A DNA stretch of 64,000 nt from an uncultured delta proteobacterium. GTDB taxonomy: Bacteria; Myxococcota_A; Polyangia; Polyangiales; B10-G4. How positions within the stretch are numbered: the first letter of the stretch is position 1; every line of letters begins with the position of its first letter. Where the stretch lies: assembly GCA_963727445.1 (NCBI GenBank), contig CAVSGI010000021.1:96001-160000 (forward strand), in the 5' to 3' direction. The position numbers and the translations under genes were made by a program. This document shows positions 37,742 through 48,273 of the stretch, one piece after another. The notes under the pieces are model-generated. The model did not search any database, had not been told where the DNA came from, and saw only the letters and a list, made by a program, of their open reading frames with translations.

Positions 37742-38403
37742 CAGTGGCCGGCCTTCGGCCGCCACCCGGCGCCTCCGGCGCCGTGCAGGGGAGGCCGACA
37801 GCACACGCAGATCTACCCGGGGCGGCGGTATCGCCGCCCCGCACTTCGCGCAACTCTCGTCGGCCGCGGGGACGCAGTCCCCGAGGGGAGCGTGGAGGGG
37901 GCGAAAGCCCCCTCACCAAAACCAACCCTCGTCTCACCCATCGCGTAGCGCCCCGTAGCCGGCCCGCAGTGGCCGGCCTTCGGCCGCCACCCGGCGCCTC
38001 CGGCGCCGTGCAGGGGAGGCCGACAGCACACGCAGATCTAGCCGGGGCGGCGGTATCGCCGCCCCGCACTTCGCGCAACTCTCGTCGGCCGCGGGGACGC
38101 AGTCCCCGAGGGGAGCGTGGAGGGGGCGAAAGCCCCCTCACCAAAACCAACCCTCGTCTCACCCATCTCGTAGCGCCCCGTAGCCGGCCCGCAGTGGCCG
38201 GCCTTCGGCCGCCACCCGGCGCCTCCGGCGCCGTGCAGGGGAGGCCGACAGCACACGCAGATCTAGCCGGGGCGGCGGTATCGCCGCCCCGCACTTCGCG
38301 CAACTCTCGTCGGCCGCGGGGACGCAGTCCCCGAGGGGAGCGTGGAGGGGGCGAAAGCCCCCTCACCAAAACCAACCCTCGTCTCACCCATCGCGTAGCG
38401 CCC
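37738..38403. repeat. Tandem array of three 225-bp multi-hairpin units
   Basis: Units start at 37738, 37963 and 38188. I saw only two substitutions (37816, 38168). The third unit is slightly truncated. Confidence 0.95.
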
Positions 38404-38474
38404 AGGGGCGCGAAGCGGAACTTGCCTTTCCAACCCTCTAGATCTTCGGGCCCTGCCATGCGTCACTTCCGGCC

Positions 38475-40415
38475 ATGCGACGATGGAACGGGGCTCTGGC
38501 CCTCTCGATCCTGCTCAGCGCTTGTGGGGGCGGGCCGGCGGTCCTCGGCTCGGACGATGTCCCGGTGCGGCGCGTGGTCCTCTACCGAAATGGCGTGGCC
38601 TACTTCGAACGAAGCGGGCAGGTGGACGGGGACGAGCTCCACTTCGGGGTGCGACAGTCCGAGGTGGGCGATTTCCTGTCGTCACTGACGGTGGTCGAGC
38701 GAACGGCGGGCGGGGTCTCGAGCGTGTCCTTCGAGGTGCCCGAGCCGCCCGAGCCACCGGCGCCGCCGCCTCCCGAGGCGCTCGAAGAGGACGAGGAGCC
38801 GCCGCCTCCGCCCGAGCCCGAGGAGCCCGAGGACCCCCGCGTCGACGTCAACCTGCGCCTGCGCGGCCAGGTCGAGCACGAGCTCATGGTCGCCTACGTG
38901 GTGGGCGCGCCGATCTGGCGGCCCTCCTATCGCGTGGTGATCGACGAGGGCGACGCGCTCCTTCAGGCCTGGGCCGTGGTGCAGAACACGTCGGGGGAAG
39001 ATTGGACGAACGTCGAGCTGTCGCTGACGACGGGAACACCGATCGCCTTTCGATCGGATCTCGGAACTCCAGTGACACCGCCGCGCCCGCAGATCACGGA
39101 CACCGGGGACGTGGTGATGGCCGTGCCGATGAGCGAGACGACCCTCGCCCAGGGGCCGCCGCCGCCCCCCGAGGCAGCGGAGTCACAGAACGACTACGGT
39201 GGCGACGATGCCTACGCCATGGACGAGGAGGAACGCGTGGCCGCCGCCGAAGCCGCGCCCAGTCCTTCCCGGCGGGCCCGGCACACCGGGTACGGAACGA
39301 GCTCGGGTTATGGGGCCGGTGGGGGCGGGGCCGCAGACATGCCGATGGAGATGCCGATGGCGCAGGGCGTGAGCGCCAACATGGCGCAGAGCAGCGTGAG
39401 CGCCATGGCCGCGTCCGCGATGCTCGGCGATGGGGTGACCCGCTACGACCTGAACGAGCGCGTCACGGTGCCCGACGGCGGTTCGACCATGGTCGCGATC
39501 CTCTCGGAGCGCGTCCCCGGCCGCGAGGTGCACCTCTTCGCGCCCGATCCCGGTGTGCCGACCTCGCGCACCCACCCGTTCCGCGTGGTGCGCATCGAGA
39601 ATACGACCGGCGCGGTGCTCGAGCGCGGACCGATCAGCGTGCTGGGACACGGCTCCTTCCTCGGTCAGGGCCTCCTCGAGCCGCTGCCCAGGGACGCGAC
39701 CACCTTCGTCCCCTTCGCCGTCGATCGCTCGGTGGCGGTGCAGTCGACCACGCGGGGAACGGAAGCCGATGCGGCGCTGGTGCGCATCACCCAGAGCCAG
39801 GTCGTGGTCGAGCGCTTCGCCGAGAGGCGCACCAAGTACACGGTGCAGAACGGCAGCGACCACGAGGCCGAGGTCTTCCTGCGTCATCCACGCATGAGCG
39901 GCGCCACCCTCTTCGAGCCGCCCGAGGGCACCGAGGAGAGCCCGGACAAGGCGCTCGTTCCGCTCACGGTGCGCCCGCACGGCAGCGGCGAGGTGGAGGT
40001 CGTCGAGCGCACGCCGGTGCGGCGCACCGTGCAATTCATGACCGAGATCGCGGCCGAGGCGGTGGGGCTCTACCTTCACGGCGCGGCGGTGGACGCGGCG
40101 CAAGGTCCGGCCCTCACCCGTGCCCTCGAGCTTCGCCAGCAGCTCATCGCGGCAGAGCAGCGGCGCAACGCCGCGACGCAAGAGAAGCGCACGCTCACGG
40201 CGAACGCCGAGGAGACGCGTCAGAACATCGAGTCCATCCGGCGGCTGCCGGGCACGACCGATCTGCGCCAGCGCCTCGTCAGTCGCTTGAGCGACCTCGA
40301 CTCCCGCATCGCCGATCTCACGCGCGAGATCGTCGACGCCGACACCACCATGAGCGAGCTCCAGGTCCGCCTCTCCGAGGCCCTGCAGGACGTCTCGCTC
40401 GTCGTCCAGGAATAG
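38475..40415 (+). CDS. DUF4139/DUF4140-like lipoprotein with C-terminal coiled coil
   Basis: LLSAC. VRRVVLYRNGVAYFER, WRPSYR, QAWAVVQNTSGEDWTNVELSL. Confidence 0.82.
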   Translation: MRRWNGALALSILLSACGGGPAVLGSDDVPVRRVVLYRNGVAYFERSGQVDGDELHFGVRQSEVGDFLSSLTVVERTAGGVSSVSFEVPEPPEPPAPPPPEALEEDEEPPPPPEPEEPEDPRVDVNLRLRGQVEHELMVAYVVGAPIWRPSYRVVIDEGDALLQAWAVVQNTSGEDWTNVELSLTTGTPIAFRSDLGTPVTPPRPQITDTGDVVMAVPMSETTLAQGPPPPPEAAESQNDYGGDDAYAMDEEERVAAAEAAPSPSRRARHTGYGTSSGYGAGGGGAADMPMEMPMAQGVSANMAQSSVSAMAASAMLGDGVTRYDLNERVTVPDGGSTMVAILSERVPGREVHLFAPDPGVPTSRTHPFRVVRIENTTGAVLERGPISVLGHGSFLGQGLLEPLPRDATTFVPFAVDRSVAVQSTTRGTEADAALVRITQSQVVVERFAERRTKYTVQNGSDHEAEVFLRHPRMSGATLFEPPEGTEESPDKALVPLTVRPHGSGEVEVVERTPVRRTVQFMTEIAAEAVGLYLHGAAVDAAQGPALTRALELRQQLIAAEQRRNAATQEKRTLTANAEETRQNIESIRRLPGTTDLRQRLVSRLSDLDSRIADLTREIVDADTTMSELQVRLSEALQDVSLVVQE

Positions 40416-40416
40416 A

Positions 40417-40443
40417 CTAGTGCCCGATCGAACCAGGCACTGG
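40417..40443. repeat. Collapsed relic of the 165-bp MITE ends
   Basis: CTAGTGCCCGATC-GAACCAGGCACTGG matches the joined MITE ends CTAGTGCCTGGTC+GGACCAGGCACTAG at 23/27. Confidence 0.6.
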
Positions 40444-40451
40444 CGCCTCCG

Positions 40452-41852
40452 TCAGAGCAACCGCCTCAGCCAGCGCTCCTTGTCGTCGGTGTAGGGCGGG
40501 TAGCGGAAGGCCGGATCGACCTTGGTGCTCTTGATGAGGACCGACTTGTGGTGGCTGAAGAGGTCGAAGGATGCGCGGCCGTGATAGGCGCCCATCCCGC
40601 TCTCACCGACACCGCCGAAGGGTAGCTCCGGCACCACCATGTGGGCGATGCACTCGTTGATGCAGGCGCCGCCCGAGCTGGTCTCGCGGATCACGCGCTT
40701 GGCCCGCTTCTGGCTGCGGCTGAACACGTAGAGCGCGAGCGGCTTTTCGCCGGCGTTGACGAAGTCGATGGCCTCGTCGAGGTCGCGCACTTTGACGATG
40801 GGCAGAATGGGGCCGAAGATCTCTTCCTGCATCACCTTCATGTCGCGCGTGACGTTGCGGATGACGGTGGGCGCGATGTAGCAGCTCTTTTCGTCGGTCT
40901 CACCGCCGCAGACGATGTCACCCTCCTCGAGGAGACCACGGAGTCGCTGGTGATGGCGCTCGTTCACGATGCGCGCGAAGTCCGGGCTGCTCTTCGGATC
41001 GTCGCCGTAGAACTCCCGGACGGCGGCCTCGATCCGGTGGACCAATGCGTCCTCGATTGTCTCGTCGGCCAGGACGTAGTCGACGCTGGTGCAGCTCTGA
41101 CCCGCGTTGTAGAACTTCGCCCAGGCGATCCGCTTGGCGGCGACCTCGAGGTCCACGCTGCGGTCGACGATGCAGGGGCTCTTGCCGCCGAGCTCGAGGG
41201 TCACCGGCGTGAGGTGCTCCGCCGCGGCGCGCATCACGATGCGCCCCACCGTGCCGTTGCCGGTGAAGAAGATGTGATCGAAGCGCTCCTTCAGGAGCGC
41301 GGTGGTCTCGGGGACGCCGCCGAGGACCACCTTCACCGCCTCGGTGTCGAGGTAGCGCGGCACCAGCTCGGCGAGGGTGGCCGCCGTGTGGGGCGCCATC
41401 TCCGACGGCTTGAGAACCGAGGTGTTGCCGGCGGCCACTGCGCCCACGAAAGGACCGAGAAGGAGCTGGAGCGGGTAGTTCCACGGCGCGATGATCAGCG
41501 CCGTGCCGAGCGGCTCGTGATGGATGCGACTCTTGCCCGGCTGGTTGGCCAGGGCGGTCGTCACCTTCGTCGGCTTCATCCAATCTTCGAGATGCTTGAG
41601 CGTGTATCTCGCCTCTCCCGCGACGAAGTTCACCTCGCCGCCCCACGCCTCCACACGCGGCTTGCTGAAGTCGTCCGCGACGGCCTTCAGGAAGCGCTCC
41701 TCTTCCTTGTCCAGCATCGTGAGCAGCGCCTTGAGCTGCTGGCGCCGCCACTGGAGGGGCCGGGTCCTCCCCGAGCGGAAGGACTTCCGAAGATCTTCGA
41801 CCAGCCCCGGGATCTCTTTGGGGTCCGTGCTCGCGCCACCGTCCATGCTCAC
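40452..41852 (-). CDS. Aldehyde dehydrogenase (ALDH3/fatty-aldehyde type)
   Basis: PWNYP, LKPSE, FFTGNG, LELGGKSP, NAGQSC, EEIFGP, PFGGVGESGMG. Confidence 0.93.
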   Translation of the reverse strand: MSMDGGASTDPKEIPGLVEDLRKSFRSGRTRPLQWRRQQLKALLTMLDKEEERFLKAVADDFSKPRVEAWGGEVNFVAGEARYTLKHLEDWMKPTKVTTALANQPGKSRIHHEPLGTALIIAPWNYPLQLLLGPFVGAVAAGNTSVLKPSEMAPHTAATLAELVPRYLDTEAVKVVLGGVPETTALLKERFDHIFFTGNGTVGRIVMRAAAEHLTPVTLELGGKSPCIVDRSVDLEVAAKRIAWAKFYNAGQSCTSVDYVLADETIEDALVHRIEAAVREFYGDDPKSSPDFARIVNERHHQRLRGLLEEGDIVCGGETDEKSCYIAPTVIRNVTRDMKVMQEEIFGPILPIVKVRDLDEAIDFVNAGEKPLALYVFSRSQKRAKRVIRETSSGGACINECIAHMVVPELPFGGVGESGMGAYHGRASFDLFSHHKSVLIKSTKVDPAFRYPPYTDDKERWLRRLL

Positions 41853-42196
41853 CTACCTCAGCTTCGTGGATAGGTCATGGCCGCCGGGACGACAAGCGAC
41901 GACTCAGGGGTGACGTCTATCGGGCTTGTTGGGGTGGGGGACTTCGGGCTTGGTGGGGCGGTCTTCGTCGGGGGACATCGTGAACGTCTAGCCAGCAAGA
42001 TGAGGGCCACCGCCATGCGCCCGCGGACAGACGCTTTTTCGGGCATGGTTTCGGCGCATCCGCGGGAGCCGAGCAAGCGTTGCGCGCGCGCATGTGCACT
42101 CCGCGAGATATTCACGCGTATCCAGGTTTTCACATCGGCTGGGACTCGTTACGCTCGCGCCCCCATTTTCCAACTCCAGGTCGAAGGAGGAGCCGC

Positions 42197-42832
42197 ATGA
42201 AACTCACGAGCGAGAGCTTCGCCGACGGTGAGCGCATCCCACACGAGAATGCGTTCGGTAAGTACGATCCCGAGAGCCACGTCGCGCTCACGGACAACAA
42301 GAACCCGCAGCTCAGCTGGAGCGGCGTGCCCAGCGGGGCCAAGAGCGTGGCGTTGATCTGCGTCGACCCCGACGTTCCCTCGAAGGGCGACGACGTGAAC
42401 AAGGAGGGACGCACGGTCCCGGCCGATCTGCCGCGGGTCGACTTCTACCACTGGGTGCTGATCGATCTCCCCGCCGGTGACGGCGCGATTGCGGAGGGAG
42501 AGCTCTGTGATGGCATCACCGCGCGCGGCAAGGACGAGAAAGCGCCGCGCGGCCGTCGCGGCAAGAACGACTACACGGGTTGGTTCGCCGGCGACGCGGA
42601 CATGAGCGGCGACTACTTCGGCTACGACGGCCCCTGCCCTCCGTGGAACGACGAGATCGTGCACCACTACCAATTCACGGTCTATGCCCTCGACGTCGAG
42701 AAGCTCGACCTGCCCTCGGGCTTCGGCGGCGCGGACGCGCTGAAGGCGATGGAGGGACACATCCTCGATCAGGCGTCCATCACCGGGACCTACGCTATCT
42801 ACCCGGAAGCGAAGGTCACGCACGGGCACTGA
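42197..42832 (+). CDS. YbhB/YbcL family (PEBP / Raf kinase inhibitor-like) protein
   Basis: NPQLSWS, DPDVP, FYHWV, GYDGPCPPWND..HHYQFTVYALD. AAGGAGG RBS. Confidence 0.92.
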   Translation: MKLTSESFADGERIPHENAFGKYDPESHVALTDNKNPQLSWSGVPSGAKSVALICVDPDVPSKGDDVNKEGRTVPADLPRVDFYHWVLIDLPAGDGAIAEGELCDGITARGKDEKAPRGRRGKNDYTGWFAGDADMSGDYFGYDGPCPPWNDEIVHHYQFTVYALDVEKLDLPSGFGGADALKAMEGHILDQASITGTYAIYPEAKVTHGH

Positions 42833-42849
42833 GCGCCCGAGCGCGGGCT

Positions 42850-43263
42850 TCAGCCTGCGAACATGTCGAAGCGATAGACCTCGTCGGGGGTGATGGGTGC
42901 GGCCGTGACCGCGGGGGCGGGGGCGAGCTCGAGGTCGCCCGGCCGGGCGCACATCCCCCGCGCGCGCCAATGCTCGAGGCCGCGCGCCGACAGGCGCGCC
43001 ACGAGGTCGGCGGGCGCCGAGCCCGGTCCCACCACCCACTTGAAGGGCAACCCCTGCGAGCGGTAGGCGTCGATCACGGCGTCGATGGCGGCTTCGGCGT
43101 CCCGCTCCTCGTGGGTGAAACGCGACACCTCGTTGTATGACCCGTCGGCGAGACCCGGGGTGATCACGTATTCGACGTCGGGCCGCTCCACGAAGCGGGT
43201 CGTGGCGTGTGGCGCGAAACAGCGCAGAGGCGCGGCGTGGATCAGCGCGATACGGTCGTCCAC
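42850..43263 (-). CDS. Probable N-terminal half of a GNAT-type protein (truncated?)
   Basis: N..., IDAVIDAYRSQGLPFKWVVGPGSAPADLVARL.ARG resembles the N-domain of tandem GNAT proteins. No acetyl-CoA-binding motif follows. Confidence 0.5.
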   Translation of the reverse strand: MDDRIALIHAAPLRCFAPHATTRFVERPDVEYVITPGLADGSYNEVSRFTHEERDAEAAIDAVIDAYRSQGLPFKWVVGPGSAPADLVARLSARGLEHWRARGMCARPGDLELAPAPAVTAAPITPDEVYRFDMFAG

Positions 43264-43268
43264 GCGGG

Positions 43269-45209
43269 TCAGCGGCGGCGCCGCCTGCGGCGTCCGAAGA
43301 GGAAGAGCGCCACCAGGAGCGCGTCGAGCGCTTCGCCGATCGGCGGGCGTCCGGACAGCGTGCGACAGCCGCAGCCACCTTCGTCGTCGCTGGGTCCGCC
43401 GGCGTCACCGGCGTCGCCGCCAGCGTCCGCACTCCCGCTGTCCATCACGGTGCCGTCGGGGATGCAGGTGCCGCCCGAGCAGCGCATGCCGGCGCCGCAG
43501 TCCACACCCGCGCAGGGATCGGGGACGCACGCGCCGTCACGGCAGATCTGGCCCGTCATGCAGGTGACGCCGTCGCATGGCTCGAAGCAGTCGCCCCCGC
43601 GGCACACCAGGCCCGTCGGGCAGATGATGCGCGAGCAGAGGTCGGCGACGCAGGATCCGTCCATGCACACCTGACCGAAGGGACAGGTGACGCCATCACA
43701 GGGGTCGACGCAGGAGCCGCCCACGCAGACCTCGGTCGCGGCGCAGGTCGCGGTCTCGCAGCCGGGATCGACGCACTCGCCGTAGGTGGGCGAGGTGTCG
43801 CGGGTGTCGCAGGCCTCGTCTGTGGGGCAGAGCGGCGCCGCGAGCTCGTCGCAGTCGCAGGACGGGCCGCACACGGTGAGGGCCGCTGGATCGTCCGCCA
43901 CGCAGACTTGATTGGCTGGGCAGACGACGCCCGCGCAGGGATCGACGCAGGATCCATCGATGCAGAGCTGGCCCACGGGACACACGACGCCGTCGCAGGG
44001 TTCGACGCACTCGCCGCCACGGCAGAGGGTGCCGCTCGGACAGGGATCGCTGCGCATGGTGCACGCGGTGTCGAAGCATGCGCCGCTCACGCAATCGAAG
44101 CCCTCCGCGCAGCCGCCCTCGAAGCACTGCGGGACGCAGAGGCCGGTGGCGTCGTCGCAGACGGTGCCCATCGGACAGTCCGCCATCGGCTGGCAGTCGT
44201 AGTCCATGGTCGCGTTGCAGGGCTCGAAGGCGCCGGGGTGCACCATGGGGTCGGCGTCGTTACAGTCGCCGCCGCCGCAGGCCGCGTCCCGATGGCCGTC
44301 CATGTCGGCGTCGACGCAGATGCCGGTGTCGTCCTCGTTGAGGCCGGCGACGGCGTCGAGCTCGTCGTCGGAGCTGTGGTAGACGCACTCGGGCCCCGGG
44401 TTGCCGTGGTTGCCGGCCTGGATGGCGACGTAGCGGAAGCTGATGCCGCAGGGCAGGGCCCACACGGTGGCGAGGGCGTCGGCGATGGCGTCGCCGCCGG
44501 AGGTGTCGCGCAGGTAGGTGTCGAGATCGGTGCGCGTCCGGTCGGCCGAGGTCGCCGCTGCGTTCCGCGTCCAGCCCTCGGTGAAGGCCCGGATGAGGAG
44601 CGCCTCGTTCCACAGGCGCGGGTCGGGCGCGTCGGCGGGAGCGATCGCCGTCGCGGCCGGATCGTTCGAGAGCCACACCGTGTACTCGAAGGCCTCGCAG
44701 GGCAGAGGATCGTGGTCGGTGATCGGGAAGAGGACGACGCGGTTGGCTTCGCCGCCGAGGTCGTAGATGCGCGCGCGGTAGGGCTCGTAGTAGTCGGGGG
44801 AGCCATCCGGGAGCGCGGTGCCGGCCGGGTCGGTGCGAAGGACCTGCGTCCAGTACCAGTCGAGGTCGTTGGCCTGGAAGCTCGGGTCGCGGCCGCCGGG
44901 CGGCATGCAGCCAGCGTCGCTGATGGAGCAGCAGGTGTAGCCGCTGAGGATCAGCGGATTGTAGGTCTGTCCGATGCAGCCGTTCACGCCCCCGAGGAGC
45001 GTCGCGAAGGTGAGCTCTGGCGCGTAGCGCCCGTCGCTGGTCTGAAAGATGTCCTCGACCACACCGTCGGTTCGTGCCGAGCGAATCACGTTCAGGCACA
45101 TGTCGCCGCTGGTGTCCACGCAGGAGGCCTGCGCGAAGGCGCGCGAAGGCGCGGTCGCATGGGCGAAGGAGACCAGGGCGACCAGGGCGAGCAGAAGGGA
45201 GCGGGGCAT
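43269..45209 (-). CDS. Secreted Cys-rich repeat protein with MYXO-CTERM-like sorting tail
   Basis: Signal peptide, globular domain, DxDxDG..DCND.DP..HPGA.E.C module, many DPCxGVxCPxGxxCxxGxC repeats, tail GGCGCRT...LLVALFLFGRRRRRR. Confidence 0.85.
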   Translation of the reverse strand: MPRSLLLALVALVSFAHATAPSRAFAQASCVDTSGDMCLNVIRSARTDGVVEDIFQTSDGRYAPELTFATLLGGVNGCIGQTYNPLILSGYTCCSISDAGCMPPGGRDPSFQANDLDWYWTQVLRTDPAGTALPDGSPDYYEPYRARIYDLGGEANRVVLFPITDHDPLPCEAFEYTVWLSNDPAATAIAPADAPDPRLWNEALLIRAFTEGWTRNAAATSADRTRTDLDTYLRDTSGGDAIADALATVWALPCGISFRYVAIQAGNHGNPGPECVYHSSDDELDAVAGLNEDDTGICVDADMDGHRDAACGGGDCNDADPMVHPGAFEPCNATMDYDCQPMADCPMGTVCDDATGLCVPQCFEGGCAEGFDCVSGACFDTACTMRSDPCPSGTLCRGGECVEPCDGVVCPVGQLCIDGSCVDPCAGVVCPANQVCVADDPAALTVCGPSCDCDELAAPLCPTDEACDTRDTSPTYGECVDPGCETATCAATEVCVGGSCVDPCDGVTCPFGQVCMDGSCVADLCSRIICPTGLVCRGGDCFEPCDGVTCMTGQICRDGACVPDPCAGVDCGAGMRCSGGTCIPDGTVMDSGSADAGGDAGDAGGPSDDEGGCGCRTLSGRPPIGEALDALLVALFLFGRRRRRRR

Positions 45210-45371
45210 CGGCGGTACCTCTCTGCCATCCTACCGCGACAGGAGGAAAGAGGGGCCAGGCGCCGTCATTCACGCCACGAATGGGATTGCGGCAGCGCTG
45301 CCCTTTGCGGAATATCGGTGCGCATCCTCGCGTGAGAAGCGCGCGAATCGATCGAACGGGGTGAGGCAACG

Positions 45372-46238
45372 ATGTGTCCGTGGAGCACCAGGAGGAGGGC
45401 CGTCGCGCTGTCGAGCGTGCTCGTGATGATCGTGCTCGCTGCGTGCAACGAGGCACATCAGGCGACGCCGGCGGCGAGTCATGGCCCCTCCGCGTCCGGG
45501 GGACAGGCGCAGTCGGCGGAGGACCCGGCGCCAGGAGACGATCGGGAGGGATCCCCTCGAGCGAGTGGCGAGGAGGCCGGCGAGGAGAGCACGGAGGGGG
45601 GAGCGGACGACGTGACCGTGGCGCATCCGGGAGAGGTCGATCTCCTCCACGCGGGGCCGGCGGCCACGGTGGCGGTGTCGTCGGTCTACAACGGAGATCG
45701 CGCGTTGGTCGGGCGGCTCGTCGATGAAGACCTCGAGACCGCTTGGAGCGCGGCCGCAGGCGAGCGCGAGGGCTCGTTCATCGAGGTGGAGGTCATCATC
45801 AGCATGCGGGTCACGGCGGTCGCTCTGACGGCGGGATACACCAAGGTCGGGGCGGAGGGAGATTTCTTCACCGCCAACCACCGCGTCGCCCACGTGCGCA
45901 TCACCCACGGCGGGGTCGTGGTGGGTGGCGGCGATCTCGACCTCGACGATCGCGGGCTTCAGCGGTTCGAGCTGAGCCCCGGCCTGCGCGGTGGCACCTA
46001 CCGCATCGAGCTCACGCGGCTCGTTCCGGGATCTCACCCCGGGTGGCAGGAGGCGTGCGTGTCGGAGCTGCAGGTGCTCGGCGATCCGGGCGACGCGCGT
46101 TTCGGGCCCGGACGGCCGATGACTCGGGTCGGTCCGATCGACGCGGGTCGGCGCCGTCCCCGAACGGACGCCGACGAAGCCGTCGAAGAGGCGTCGATTC
46201 GCGCCACGCGAGAGGACGCCTTCGACAGCGACTACTGA
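45372..46238 (+). CDS. Lipoprotein with discoidin/galactose-binding-like domain
   Basis: VLAAC. AVSSVY...LVDEDLETAW...GYTK...FFTANHR...CVSELQVLG. Confidence 0.7.
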   Translation: MCPWSTRRRAVALSSVLVMIVLAACNEAHQATPAASHGPSASGGQAQSAEDPAPGDDREGSPRASGEEAGEESTEGGADDVTVAHPGEVDLLHAGPAATVAVSSVYNGDRALVGRLVDEDLETAWSAAAGEREGSFIEVEVIISMRVTAVALTAGYTKVGAEGDFFTANHRVAHVRITHGGVVVGGGDLDLDDRGLQRFELSPGLRGGTYRIELTRLVPGSHPGWQEACVSELQVLGDPGDARFGPGRPMTRVGPIDAGRRRPRTDADEAVEEASIRATREDAFDSDY

Positions 46239-46257
46239 CCGCGTCGGCCCAGAGCGC

Positions 46258-48159
<1,902 letters not shown>

Positions 48160-48273
48160 ATAGGACCTGAGCCTTTGTACAGGGGTGAGATCGGAGGGGC
48201 AAGCGTTCATGGCGGTGTTATCGCGGTGGAAAGGGGCTCGGTTGCGTTCGAGGGGCGTGCTAACTCGGAGTCG

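Noticed and set aside
37738..38403. CRISPR array
   Set aside because: The units are 225 bp and essentially identical, with no unique spacers and no cas genes in the window.
37545..38688. Long ORFs through the array (extension of 37068..38459 -, and 37744..38688 +)
   Set aside because: The period is a multiple of 3 in stop-poor GC-rich DNA and the translations are Arg/Pro/Gly-rich nonsense. The real lipoprotein starts at 37544.
41904..41978. Possible 24-aa minus-strand peptide MSPDEDRPTKPEVPHPNKPDRRHP upstream of the aldehyde dehydrogenase
   Set aside because: Codon usage is plausible, but there is no RBS and it is too short to support without homology or ribosome profiling.
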